Assembly: GCA_964016885.1 (NCBI GenBank)
Contig: OZ024743.1
Coordinates: 71,176,001-71,240,000 of the forward strand
Reading direction: 5' to 3'
Length of the DNA stretch: 64,000 bases
Source of the DNA: Eledone cirrhosa
Lineage: Eukaryota
Each line of letters opens with the position of its first letter. Positions within the stretch are counted from its first letter, which is position 1. Below the pieces are notes generated by a model that was not told the DNA's origin, made no database searches, and was given only the letters and a program-made list of their open reading frames with translations. Position numbers and translations under genes: made by a program. Positions 38,714 to 51,566 of the stretch are shown piece after piece.

Positions 38714-38755
<42 letters not shown>

Positions 38756-39169
38756 GTATATATATATATATATACGTATATATATATATCATGACTGTTT
38801 TCCTTTTAATGTTTTATTGTTTTCCGGGATTTATTTTACCTACAACATTTTCAACATATGGATTACATTGAGTTCTTCATGCGAAACAGTCTCCAACACT
38901 GTCTAGTTGTTACCAGGCATTTTTGCCCAATATAGGTCTGTTATTTTTCTTAATTTTTCTTAATTTAATATTTAAAGTTAAGGATAACAAACTATATTGC
39001 TGTAGTTAGTATTTTTTCACCCTAGCAAACTTTGGTCCTTACGATTCGAACACATGTATGTTTATATTAGTGATCATCTCTCTTGTTTATTCAATTATAT
39101 TGTACGGCTCAGAAAAGCTTTTTTTCTTAGAGCTATTTAATTGTAAGGGACTACCCTAAGTTCTTAACT

Positions 39170-39225
<56 letters not shown>

Positions 39226-39607
39226 ACATATAGCAATTTTAAAGTTTAAACGTTCTGAGGCAGACATTATGCACTGGGATAATTGCAGGCCTTGTGCCAA
39301 AAGTAGAAACAATTATTATTTGTGGTGTTGCTGGGATGGTTATTTTGAGGGGGTGGGGTAAAGTTTTAATTATTTTAATTTTTTGTTATATGACCCCCCT
39401 CTCCCAGTGACCTTTTGTATCCAGTCGCTTGAGACAAATATTGTATTAAGTTTGCAAAAGGTTACTTATGTTATAATTGATTAGAATAACTTGCTTAAGG
39501 TTAATGTAGTCACTGAACTAAGATGTAACGTTGCCACACGTTTTGACTTTCTCCCTCGTCGACCTTCAGCTGAGGAATAACTATAGATACATTATATATA
39601 CACACAG

Positions 39608-39639
<32 letters not shown>

Positions 39640-39735
39640 GTACACACGCGTGCACACACAAACACACACAGATATATATATATATAGATAGATATACACA
39701 CGTATATATATATATAGAGAGAGCGAGATAGATAG

Positions 39736-39801
<66 letters not shown>

Positions 39802-40055
39802 GTGTGTGTGCGTGTGTAGAAAAATATACATGTGTATGTGTATATAACTATAATACTATAGAGAATAGTTGAAACAATCGGATACATTATCCCTGGAGAC
39901 AATAAAAGAAAAAAATAAGAAACACGGACAGGCGTCTATGTCTATATTTTTCCGCCCCAGAGATGGTGGGGGATGGGGGTGGGATGGGGGATGAGGGGGA
40001 TGCATAACTAGATTTTTTTTTCAGCTATAATATATATTAATCAACTACCACTTTA

Positions 40056-40133
<78 letters not shown>

Positions 40134-40236
40134 GAGAGAGACTCCTGAATCTCAACATGATGCCTTTGACACTAATAACTATGTGCCCTAAATGTTCTAA
40201 ATGACTAGGATTCTAGTTACACGTTTTCGACATTCC

Positions 40237-40290
40237 TTATGCTCCGATGATTCCAGACTTCACTCTGGAAGAAACAATTGTCAGCTAATA
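40237..40290 (+). ncRNA. Minimal hammerhead ribozyme, U4C core variant
   Basis: GCT CCGATGA TTCCAGA CTTCAC TCTGGAA GAAA CAATTG TC AGC. Confidence 0.7.
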
Positions 40291-40330
40291 AATGTTCTAA
40301 ACTAAAATTTGATCGTTTTAACACTTTGTA

Positions 40331-40432
<102 letters not shown>

Positions 40433-40765
40433 ATATGTGAGGCCATATTCAGTTGATTCAGGTTTAAAATCCGTCATATATATATTTCGCTGTGAACTAT
40501 TAGTTATTATAGTTTTCATAACCTTTAAAACAACGAAAGTTCATAAAAAGCATTTAAGTTTGGAAAATCGAATAATTTCTTCGAGAAACATTTTCCTTTC
40601 CTTGATACAGAAAGCCGTCACGTGTGGTGTTGATTCTTCGATGGCCGGCCCCTGTATAAATATATATATATAATATGGCCTCCAATCTTTTATGAATATA
40701 TATATAAAAATATATATATATATACAATATATTAACAAATGGAAACTATATTTATAAAACCATAT

Positions 40766-40834
40766 ATATTTCATTATACATATTTCAAGGACCGCCAGAG
40801 CAAACTATGGTGCGCTTTCATCAGATAAAATATA
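40766..40834 (-). ncRNA. Minimal type I hammerhead ribozyme in pLTR
   Basis: Minus strand: ATATTTTAT CTGATGA AAG..CTT GAAA TATGTATA ATGAAATAT; 9-bp stem I. Confidence 0.82.
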
Positions 40835-40926
40835 ATATAGGTCAGTTTTATAAATAAATATTGACATACCCTTAAAAAATGCAACCATTCTGGTTGGAAT
40901 CTCCTGGATAGTGGAGTTATTATATT

Positions 40927-41437
40927 TAAAGGAAAGAATGTTTCTCTTTGTTGAATATAAGTCACCAATTTTGTTGAGGTATATAAGTACCAATTTAGCA
41001 GAGAGGTTATATTTAGAGTGATGTAATGTTGCCACGAGGAACCAGGTTTGGTAGAAAGATGTGATAGGAATATCGACAACGACTTTAGCTTGGTTTTACA
41101 TTATTTATTAACAGAGGTTGAGCTGGCATGCCAAGAGAAATAAAACAAATCAATTAAGATTACAAGAGAAAATACGGGCGACTGGCTGAAGGCGTTTGGC
41201 CAGGCTCGTAGGTAATGTTTTGTCGTTACATATTGTTTGTGCTTACGGAGCAAAAGAACAAGTGGTGTTTACCTTAGCACGGCCTAGCTGGAAGATATAG
41301 CGTCCTCAAATCTTTGCGGGCTATTTCTCCCTCAGAACGCGTAGGGATACATCCTCTTCTACTGGCGCTGATTGGCTGAGCTGAGCCAAATCACGCACAG
41401 AGAATGTATGTGAGCCCGCGGAATGTAGGTCACTACA
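40927..41437 (-). repeat. 3' LTR
   Basis: About 7 substitutions versus 43228-43738 by eye. Confidence 0.95.
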
Positions 41438-43211
41438 TCACCTCCGAGCAGATTTTTAGCCGAAAATCGTTAACGATGAAGCCGAGGACCCACAGATTAT
41501 TGAATCAGCAAGAACAAATGCTGAAAGAGCACATCAGTGAAAAAATAATTGAGCAGAAAAATGCATGCAAGAAAAAAAAATGAGGCGCGACGGGCCGTGT
41601 TGAGCCGCTGTCAAATGACTAGCTGTTTTGTAGTTTATACGTGACCACCAAAGGTCTACCAGAAAACAGATAAAGTCTGACATGGGCGAAGTTGCTGTTC
41701 TTGCATTAAATGTTAATGGTAAGTGTTGTACCAGTAGCTGTGAACGAAGCTATTATGGTAGTTTACCAGTGCTAGCAAGAAGATGATGGGTAGGCGAGAA
41801 AATGTTGGCCTCCCAGATGTATTGCCGAATGTGCTAGGGAGCCAGGAAAAAATGGCTGGTTGCTTTGATAAGAAAAAAAAGCAAGTTGAATCTGTAGGTG
41901 GGTTGCAGTTCCATAATTCGGGCGAATCCACAGAAGTGGTGAAAATGCTGACAAGTGCAGTTCTATTTGTTGTTTTCCCGGTGAGTTGGGGAAGATAACA
42001 AGATAGAGGTTGTTATGGACGATGAATGTGCAACGAGATGCGAAACTGTTTGAGTTCAGCTGCAATTAGCATTCTCGTGTTGCGGTGCAGGTGAACTAAG
42101 CTGCAAGTGTCGATAGCATGTTTTGGTACCTCCAGAAGGTGAAAAGGGATCTCGCAGAATATTACGACGCTTGAAGATCACATAATATAGATAACAACAT
42201 GTTGGTGTGTGTATATATGCAGGCATGTAATACAGCAAAGAAAATGTGTGCGTGCGGTCACATATACAATGATAGAGAGAAATGAATTTTCATATAATAC
42301 AGTTTAAAAAAAATAAATGTCCAAAATAAATGCCTGAAAAAAAAAGGAAGAAAGAAAGAATTGTTTCTTTTCTTTTAACAAAAAGTTCGCTTCTTTTTTC
42401 TTTGGGAACGCTCTTACTAGGGAGCTAGTAGAGTTGTTGCTAAAGCAAAGTCACAATGAATCTTCTGTAGAGTAGAAGTCGAGCGTTGAAGAAACCAGAG
42501 TCACCAAATATGGCAGCCACGTCTGACGCCATAATGGTGAGAAAACTAATGTCTTAATTTCTCGAGACCTTGTGGTAACGAGAAAGAAGGTATGGTGGTT
42601 GCGTCGGTAAAGTTACAAGCCGTTCCCTGGTGTTGGTTAATAGTTAGCCATGTGTTGCTGCTGATGGGTGGTACTTGGTGGTAGCCGTTTTGAAATTTCC
42701 TCGTTGCGTAAAGTTTTTGAAATACTGCTAATTTTTTTCCAAAAAATATTCTAAAGAAAATTTGAAAATATTCCAAAGAAAAAAAATTATTTTCCATGAT
42801 GGCCGATCGAAAAATGTGTCCGTGATGAAGAAGCCGTCATGTGGCACGATGCAGCCAATCAGACGGCTGGGATTGGAGAAGACAAGCTGTACGCGGGAAA
42901 ACAAAATTTCTGAGTCTCCATTTGTAATTTCAACAGAACGCCGAAAGTAAAATTCCACATCCAGAGAAATCCTTTTTTTAAAAAAATTTTTTTTGTGTTC
43001 GTCTGTATGCGTGAGTTACTAGTGTTACCATGAAAGTTATGACAGAAATATTGTGCAGGCCGCGTGCTTCAACAAATGGAATATTATGAATTTTATGGAC
43101 TTACGCTAAGTGAGGCTAGCTACCCGATTCGAACATTCCAAATGTTAAGCCACTCCACATAGCCATTAAAACGAATGGCGAATTCAAATAGGCTGCATTT
43201 TCATACTTAAT

Positions 43212-43226
43212 CGTTGAGGGTCGCCA
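43212..43226 (-). promoter_or_regulatory. Primer-binding site (tRNA-Trp-like)
   Basis: TGGCGACCCTCAACG one base after the 5' LTR; resembles TGGTGACCCCGACG imperfectly. Confidence 0.6.
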
Positions 43227-43227
43227 A

Positions 43228-43738
43228 TAAAGGAAAGAATGTTGCTCTTTGTTGAATATAAGTCACCAATTTGGTTGAGGTATATAAGTACCAATTTAGC
43301 AGAGAGGTTATATTGAGAGTGATGTAATGTTGCCACGAGGAACCAGGTTTGGTAGAAAGATGTGATAGGAATATCGACAACGACTTTAGCTTGGTTTTAC
43401 ATTATTTATTAACAGAGGTTGAGCTGGCATGCCAAGAGAAATAAAACAAATCAATTAAGATTACAAGAGAAAATACGGGCGACTGGCTGAAGGCGTTTGG
43501 CCAGGCTCGTAGGTAATGTTTTGTCGTTACATATTGTTTGTGCTTACGGAGCAAAAGAACAAGTAGTGTTCACCTTAGCACGGCCTAGCTGGAAGAGATA
43601 GCGTCCTCAAATCTTTGCGAGCTATTTCTCCCTCAGAACGCGTAGGGATACATCCTCTTCTACTGGCGCTGATTGGCTGAGCTGAGCCAAATCACGCACA
43701 GAGAATGTATGTGAGCCCGCGGAATGTAGGTCACTACA
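43228..43738 (-). repeat. 5' LTR
   Basis: Direct repeat of 40927-41437. Confidence 0.95.
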
Positions 43739-44669
43739 TATTTATTGTTGGTTTATTATGAAAATTAGTGTTGGAAAGGTTTAAAAACAGTATATTTAAA
43801 TTAAGCCGTTGGAATAGGGAAAAAAAAGAGAAAAGAAAGAGAAAAACGAAAGAAAGAAAGAGAGAAACTTGAGTATATTTTAGTGAGAGAGAATAGCGTA
43901 ATTTTGTGAGAAGAGGCGAAGAAATAAATATAGCATGGATGAATACCGTAAGATGGATAAACAATAATAATAACCAATAATAAATAACAATAAAGATGGA
44001 TAAACAATAATAAAGCTAAGTTGAAGAATTTATCTAATGTTTAATTAATAAATTTGATTAAATGTTTAATTAATAATTTATCAATTCAATCCGTAGTTTA
44101 AATGTTTAAATGTTATATTATTAAAGTTGAGACCTATATATATATTATTAAAGAATATTATTATTAAAAAATGTTATTATTACAAAACCATATATAATTT
44201 TATTATTTATTAATTAATTATTTTAAAAAATTTGTAAGTTTAAAATATCCGAATATTTCTAAGCTCATCGAATTTCTGAGAGTTTACAGAAGAATAATCC
44301 CTTATTTGTAATAGCAGTAGAGCGTAAAGGAAAATGATAGCGATTTATTAATAATTTAGATAGCTCTAAGGATTAAATGGTATAAAGTTAAGATGTTAAA
44401 AAATTTTAATTATCCATCTTTATAATGTAATTAGAGTATGAATTTTATGTTATTTTATAGCAAGTTATAAATTCATAACTCCAACCTGTCATACAGTTAT
44501 GACATTTAAAAACATAAATTTGTTTGCTATAACGTGTTAACATTTAAAAATTCATTCATTGGAATATATCCAAAGCATAAACGATAAAAAAATCTTTCAT
44601 AAGAGTATATCTGTAGAATATATTTAAAGTATAAATTTTATATATATATAAACATTTTGACATACATAT

Positions 44670-44796
<127 letters not shown>

Positions 44797-46156
44797 TTAA
44801 GCATTTGAAAAATATATAAATACAAAATATACAATATAAAATATGAAATATGAATTATAATTTAAATTATGAATTATGAATTCTTTGTACCCATCATAGG
44901 AATTTTCAGAAAAAACTCCTTCTTCAAATCTTTCAGTACGTTTATCAACAAAAGTTCAAGAAAAAATCCTTTCAAGATAGTTATAAGCAATTATATGAAG
45001 GAATCCAATGAATTATCGATAGGTTTAATAAAGATGAGTTATGTATTACAATTTATATATATATTTAAACGTTGAGTTCAATCTATGTTTGCAAGAACTG
45101 AAAAGATTACTTCTTAAATTAACAGAATTTTTACTTTTTAATATAAAGAATATTTCCTCTATACAAAGAGCGCAATTTTCAAAAGAAGCATTGAATGGAG
45201 GAGCTTTAGAGATAATATTCCAAAGTAAAGAATAGTTAGTGTTCTTTGATTTTAGGTCCCATAGTAAATTAGATAGAGAAGTTGAAGATTTTTTTATTCA
45301 TATTCGTAAAAGAGCATTTATGGTTATTAAAACGAGCCTTAAAATCTGTGGAGGTAGACCCTACATAATTAAATGAATTTAAATTAGTTTTTACATTACA
45401 ATTATATACTATATTTTTAACTAAACAATTGTTATTTAACGGACAGTTAGATTTATTTCTACAGTTACATTTATCAAAATTTGAGTTTCTATGTGCCGTA
45501 TTATTCAGTTGGATATCGCTGGGGTTATTAATGGTATTCTGGTTAGGTTTTAAGTTTCTATTATTAATTCTATTAATATTCTGCGCTAAATTACTGGTGG
45601 TTGAATACGTTAATTTTATAGTATGTCTATTAAATATTGAGTAATACCTATGTGTTCTAGGGAATCATTTATCTAGAGCTTTAAAGAATAATTTAGCAAT
45701 AGGAATTTTAATACTTAATGAGAAAGGAGGAGCGAACCATAATATATTCCTAGTTCTATTTCTTTTTTTGTTTTTCGAATTATTGTAAGGTTTTCTATTA
45801 TAGTTGTTAACATTATAGTTATTTGTCATATCATTACTATCAATGTATTTAATTTTATTACTATATCCAGCTCTACCTAACGCTTCGTTATAATATTGCG
45901 CTTTATCTTCAAAAATATTCTTATTAGCTGAAATTCTAGAAATACGTTGCTGCACAGAGTTTACTATAGTGTTTTTAACGGATAACGAAATAAATATGGT
46001 TTTATAAATATAGTTTCCATTTGTTAATATATTGTATATTTACTCCAATAATTTGTTGAGTGCTTTATATCAGTTATAAAAATATTTTGCTTGTTGTATC
46101 CCAACAAATTAAATATAACCTCTACATATATATATATATTCGTAAAAGATCTTATA

Positions 46157-46231
<75 letters not shown>

Positions 46232-46236
<5 letters not shown>

Positions 46237-46731
46237 GTGAAGTTGGAAATAGCACGGAAAATATATTTAAGGGTCTGTTTTTCTTTTTTGATTCGTCAAA
46301 GTGACATTATTGAAAAAAATGAGAGGGACAATTCTTAAAAAAAAAAGGTTTTATAATGTATATAAAGTATATGAAGAATTACCGGTTTCGATGTATTATT
46401 AAAATACATCTTATTAAATGTTGAGTATTGAAATAAAAATTGAAAAGAATTAATAGGAGTTAAAAACTAAAGATTTAAAATTAATATCAAATGCTGAAGT
46501 AAATTTTCTTCCATCCTTCTTGCTCAAACTTTGGTGGTAAGAGAAGATAGCAGCAGCTGTGTTTCTTCACAGAACAAAGTTGTTTTTTGAAAACATCCTG
46601 AGTGTGTATATATCTGATTGGGTTAATTGACTGGTCAAGAGTTCAAAATGGGATGGGGAATTGTAAGCTAGAGGTAAGCAGCAGGAGTGTAAGAGAAATT
46701 CTATTATTGGAATGTGGTTTTAGGGAGTGCG

Positions 46732-46772
<41 letters not shown>

Positions 46773-47112
46773 TGAAGGTGTATATATAACAATACACACA
46801 CGTGTGTGTTTTCAGTCTGTCTGTCACAGTCCCTTTAGCAATACACATGTGTGTGTGTAGGAGAGGTTGTGGTGTGTTTGTGTTTTTTTTCAGCCTGTCT
46901 GTCACAAATCCCTTTGTGGTGAGAAATTAAGAACATTTTTTCTTCAAAATTCCGAAAATTGTCAAAAATTACTATTAGAATTGTAATTCTATATAAAAAT
47001 TGACGAATCAAAAAAGAAAAACAAACCTTTAAATATATTTTCCGAGCCATTTCCAACTTCACCTTTTCTCTATATCCACTGTTTTGTATAAAACCTTACT
47101 TCCATTTTCTAA
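46232..47112. mobile_element. Old PLE pLTR remnant with inverted ends
   Basis: Inverted arms 46232-46299 / 47000-47067; decayed hammerhead on minus strand at ~46375-46420 (GATGTATT..AATACATC GAAA CCGG TA). Confidence 0.6.
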
Positions 47113-47699
47113 TATATATATATATATAAATAACAAAAAGTTATCGCTCTACATGGCTGAATACAATAAATGTAATCTGAGTTTTTCGAATATTAATAAT
47201 AATATTTGATTCGTTTGCAATTATGTCAACACAAGAGCAAGAATGAGGGGCTCATTTTACTGACATGGCTTAAAAGAGGCTGTTTGCATAATTGCAAACG
47301 AATCGAATATTATTATTAATATTCGAAAAGCTCAGATTACATTTATATACATATATATATATATATGTCAGGTCGCTCTCGAGTGCTACTGCTAACATGT
47401 AACCCAGTACATCCTGTCTCATGGTTGCGTGGTGAGGAGGGTGATATTGGGACATCCGGCGGGATGAAATACAAGACCCGGCGAAGGGCAGAGGAACTCA
47501 GCAGAGTCAACGGCCATCCAAAAAGTACTTTATTTATTTATTTATTTTTTTTCCACCTGGCAGTGAAAGGTCCCCTGTTGTTGTTACAACACCTTTCTAA
47601 GAGAGGGAAACTCTGAAAAAAAAAACCCATGCGGCTTCAAAAACATCCGATGATGTTGACCAGTTCTCCTTTTCAGGTAGTGTTTTCGATGCTCAGAGA

Positions 47700-48300
47700 G
47701 CCTTATTTTCCCTCTTACCTACCACCCCATCACCATACCTCTCCGGCGACTTATTCTCCGTTCCTTCCGCTCCCTCTCTTCTGTCCCCGTCACTTCTCGC
47801 ATTTTTCCTAACCCACCTATCACCGCATTTAAGCGCGCTTGTAACCTCCGTAACCTCCTGGTACGCAGTTTCTTCTCGTCTTCTCCTGCAACTCCACCCA
47901 GCTCTCATCCTTGTTCTCGTCCTCGCTGTAACACTTGTCCTTTCATTTCCAACCTCACCACTCTCACAAACCTTAACTGTTCATTCCGTAACCACCACTT
48001 CTTCACCTGCACTTCGACCCACGTTGTCTATGCCCTCCGGTGTTCTCTTGGCATGTCCTTATACATCGGACAAACGGGATGCCATTTGGTGGACCGTTTT
48101 GCTGAACATTTGAGGGACATACGACTTGGTATGGATACTCCCGTCGCCCGTCATTTCCGTTCCCCAGGTCACTCTTCCCGATATGTCTCAGTCCTGGTGT
48201 CCGTTTACATCATGGATCACAGGTCTCGCGCACCAGGATTAAACAGAGTCTGATTTACCGCCTTGGGTCCTGTTACCCTCATGGACTCAACTCGGCTCGT
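47700..48300 (+). mobile_element. Neptune-type PLE endonuclease fragment
   Basis: NLRNLLVR, CSRPRCNTC, FTCTS..VVY..C..YIGQT..RFAEH..PVARHF..GH. Confidence 0.88.
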
Positions 48301-49060
48301 GTAAGGTTAGAGCGACGAGGATGTTGGTGGAAACGGAACCAGTTCGCAGTACGTCGGCAATTATCGACAAAGGAGTGGAAGGTGCTGAACTGGCCAGAGC
48401 TCGGTGTCCAATGTGATTGCCGGAGACTGGATGAGCGAAGTCATCTGTCTCCGTGGATGATGGCGTGTTTTGAAAAAAAAGCTTTGAGCTTTAGTCGACG
48501 GAAGAACCCTTTAATCTCGGCACGTGTGCGGAACTCGTCGCAGGTTGATGTGGTTGGTATAAAACGCAAACCCCGGGCGAGGGAAGAGCGCTCAGCTTCG
48601 GAGAATGGTAGGTCCTGGGGTATCGTGATAACAATGGAGATACGTGAGAGAGTGAAAGTGGCGGAGGCGAAGGGGCTAAGGTGGTTAAGCAAAGCGTGAA
48701 CAGAATAAGTGGTGAGGAGAGGAAAGGGGGTGATAGGTGACGGTATAGTGGGGTTAGAGCTGGAGGTGATATGAGTATGGGTGGTGACATCAGGGGAGGG
48801 GGGAGTGGAGTTAGTGAAGGTTGTTGTCTTTGATGGAAGTGAGGAAATTGAGGTAAAGGATGAGTTGGATAAGGGATTGGGCGAGGATGGGGTGGCAAGT
48901 GGAGGAGAGATGGAGGTAGGCCTTGGGGAGATCTCAGTCGAGAGAACGGATTTGGGCGAGAGTAGATCGGATAGTCGCCCGCATTAGCTGGCGAGAGGAG
49001 CGGGTAAGGATGGGCTCAGTGGTGGGAGCGGAGTAAGAAGTGGGGTGGAACTTGAGGCGG
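48300..49060 (-). mobile_element. PLE ORF N-terminal fragment, inverted
   Basis: LPFSEAERSSLARGLRFIPT..F.RRLKLKAFF is a typical pre-RT PLE region. Confidence 0.8.
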
Positions 49061-49072
49061 AAACCTCATATA

Positions 49073-50505
49073 GGTCAAATTCCGTTATAATGAATAACAT
49101 TATAACGAATTTTTCGGTATAACGAAATTTCTCTCAATCACAATCATATCAAAACACGATAAAAGAATCTCGTTATAACGAAATTCATTACAACGAATAT
49201 TTCAGTACAACGAACGAAAATTGAACCTCAAGCAGCCAAAATTCTTCACTACAACGAAAAAAAAAATTTTTTTCTACACACTCCTCGCGGAATTGTCATC
49301 CAACCAAGACTTGAACCCTAAAATGCTGCTTCAAATTCTTCACAAGTCGTATTTCTACTAGTATACACGTGATTATTCGAATATCAATACTCAAACACAA
49401 TAGACTCGTTCTTTACAAACGGCTCTCTCCCATTATTGTTCTTAGAAGCCGCAGTGAAGTTCTTCAACTTTAATATCAGGACTAATTAACCACAGTATTT
49501 CTACGGTAACATTTCAATATCTTTACTGCAATATCAGAACTAATTAACTACAGTATATCTACGGTAATATCAGGACTAATTAACTACAAAATCTTTACTG
49601 TAATATCAGAACTAATTAAGTACAGTATTTTTACGGTAACATTTCAATATATTTACTGTAATATCAGGCCTAATTAACTACAGTATTTCTACGGTAACAT
49701 TTCAATATCTTTACTGTAATATCAGGACTAATTAAACTTGTAATATCAGGACTAATTAACTACAGTATTTCTACGGTAACATTTCAATATATTTACTGTA
49801 ATATCAGAACTAATTAAGTACAGTATATCTACGGTAACATTTCAATATCTTCGTTATTATTTTATATTTAATGTTCTGTCTACATTGTCATCACACTGTT
49901 ATCACTGATATTCTAAACTAGAAAACCTGTTCGCTATAAGTCAGTAAAGTCCTACATTCAGTATAGAGTATCTATTTGAAAAATAATAATAAAAAAAACT
50001 GATTCGTTCTTATTTGATTCTTTGTCGACCTACCATTGAAATGTGGTACACGCACAAAGAATAAAGTAAATTGTACTGTTTTATTTTGGTTTTGCGAAAT
50101 TTCTCTTTGGACCCCGAAGTTAAGGTTACTAATTTGTTACTGTGGTTTCATGGAAAGCAAAACGATAAAAGGGTGACAGCTTTTGTTTTACGAAAAGATG
50201 GAAATTCTGAAAGCTGTTGATTCGGGGAAAAGAAAGACATTGCGTTACAGTTTAATTCCGTCGACATTGTCTACAATTGTTAAGAATCTGTCTAAAGTTA
50301 AAGAAAAATCTAAAGAGGCAACGCCTAAGGGCTGCAACGCTGGAAGATATTTGAAATATATTTATATTTTATTGTATGATACAGTCCTATTGCAGGTATG
50401 TTTACATTCATTTATTGTTTAATTTTTAAACACGAAGTAATAACAAACAAATGATTTGTTTTGGTCGATCTCGTTATAAAGAATTTTTTGTTACTACGAA
50501 TTTTT
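49073..50505 (+). mobile_element. Tigger/pogo DNA transposon remnant
   Basis: Repeated CGTTATAACGAA subterminal motifs; HTH fragment EKMEILKAVDSG..IPSTLSTIVKN at 50183-50290. Confidence 0.75.
49470..49850. repeat. ~58-bp minisatellite inside the Tigger remnant
   Basis: TAATATCAGGACTAATTAACTACAGTATTTCTACGGTAACATTTCAATATCTTTACTG units. Confidence 0.9.
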
Positions 50506-51123
50506 TATATATGAATATTGATTGTTTCTTGTATCTCATTCTGTTATTTTGCCCGAGAATCTATGTATATCATTAAAACGATGTACACATATGGATATTT
50601 TTTTAAATTCTAATTGAGTTCTAGCACGTGGCTTGAATTCCTTTTAGAATTCATTGTCCTGCGCATGATTGTTTTTTGGCGGCAATCTCCTTCCTCTTTT
50701 TTGAGACAGTATGAGAATTTCTTTAGAACTGCTGGGCTAGTAACCTAGCAGGTACCTCAAGCACTGATGGTGATTATCGCTAAATATTGATGTTGATTTG
50801 ATTATCAATATTAATATTATTGGGCACCCACTGAAGAATTATAAGAGCCCACTTGAATAAGTATCTGTTGATCTTATACAAGCTTCTACATAAATTGGTA
50901 TAATTTCACCCAACTTGTAGGAATCTTATAATGAAACGAGACGTCCGTCTGGGAAGAGATATATGTGATATATCTCATATGAAATGATTCAGCCAATTTT
51001 CCACACAATACAATTAGTTAGCACCCCGAACGTTTAATTAGGAATATACTCACTTATTTCCTAATGTTTGTTGAGTGAGTTGGGATTTGGCCGGAGTATC
51101 GCTATTAGCTTTCTCCGATAATG

Positions 51124-51163
<40 letters not shown>

Positions 51164-51298
51164 GTATAGGATTATCCTAGATGTAGTAATGGTTAATTAC
51201 TACACTGGATATGGTTGACGTACGGTGAGAGGTTACTCTACGAGTTATGGAAGAATTGTTGAAGAAACTTAGTTCCTGATCCTTCTGTATTCCGGAGT

Positions 51299-51521
51299 GT
51301 ATATAAAGAATGAATAATAACAGGTAGACATCATAAAAAGGTAATTTATTCCGTGTGCTTTCTGCTCTGAGGATACAGTGGTCACAGCATTGGATATTTG
51401 AGTTCTGCAAATAGTTGTAAATTTGCACATAGCATAACTAGGCTGTAGTACCACCGTGGAAACATTTGTAAGCACACGGAATAAATGACCTTTTTATGAT
51501 GTATACCTGTTATTATTCATT

Positions 51522-51531
<10 letters not shown>
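51299..51531. mobile_element. pLTR remnant with ~60-bp inverted arms
   Basis: 51299-51360 is the near reverse complement of 51470-51531. Confidence 0.85.
51363..51474 (+). ncRNA. Hammerhead ribozyme with ~85-nt extended stem II
   Basis: TGCT CTGAGGA TACAGTGGT..ACAGC...GCTGT..ACCACCGTG GAAA CATTTG TA AGCA. Confidence 0.75.

Positions 51532-51566
<35 letters not shown>

Larger units (their letters stand above)
35125..38719 (-). mobile_element. Young 5'-truncated Penelope-like element (Naiad-type) with inverted pLTRs, inserted in (TA)n
   Basis: RT+GIY-YIG ORF flanked by near-identical inverted arms 35234-36181 and 37776-38719; (TA)n on both sides. Confidence 0.93.
40927..43738 (-). mobile_element. 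Complete non-autonomous LTR retroelement (2812 bp), 4-bp TSD TATT
   Basis: 511-bp direct repeats; minus-strand ends TGT...TTA; PBS-like TGGCGACCC just after the 5' LTR; short purine tract GGAGGTGA before the 3' LTR; no gag/pol ORF. Confidence 0.92.

Noticed and set aside
40927-43738. Retrozyme (LTRs carrying hammerheads)
   Set aside because: No CTGANGA...GAAA core found on either strand of the LTRs; the nearby hammerhead belongs to the host PLE
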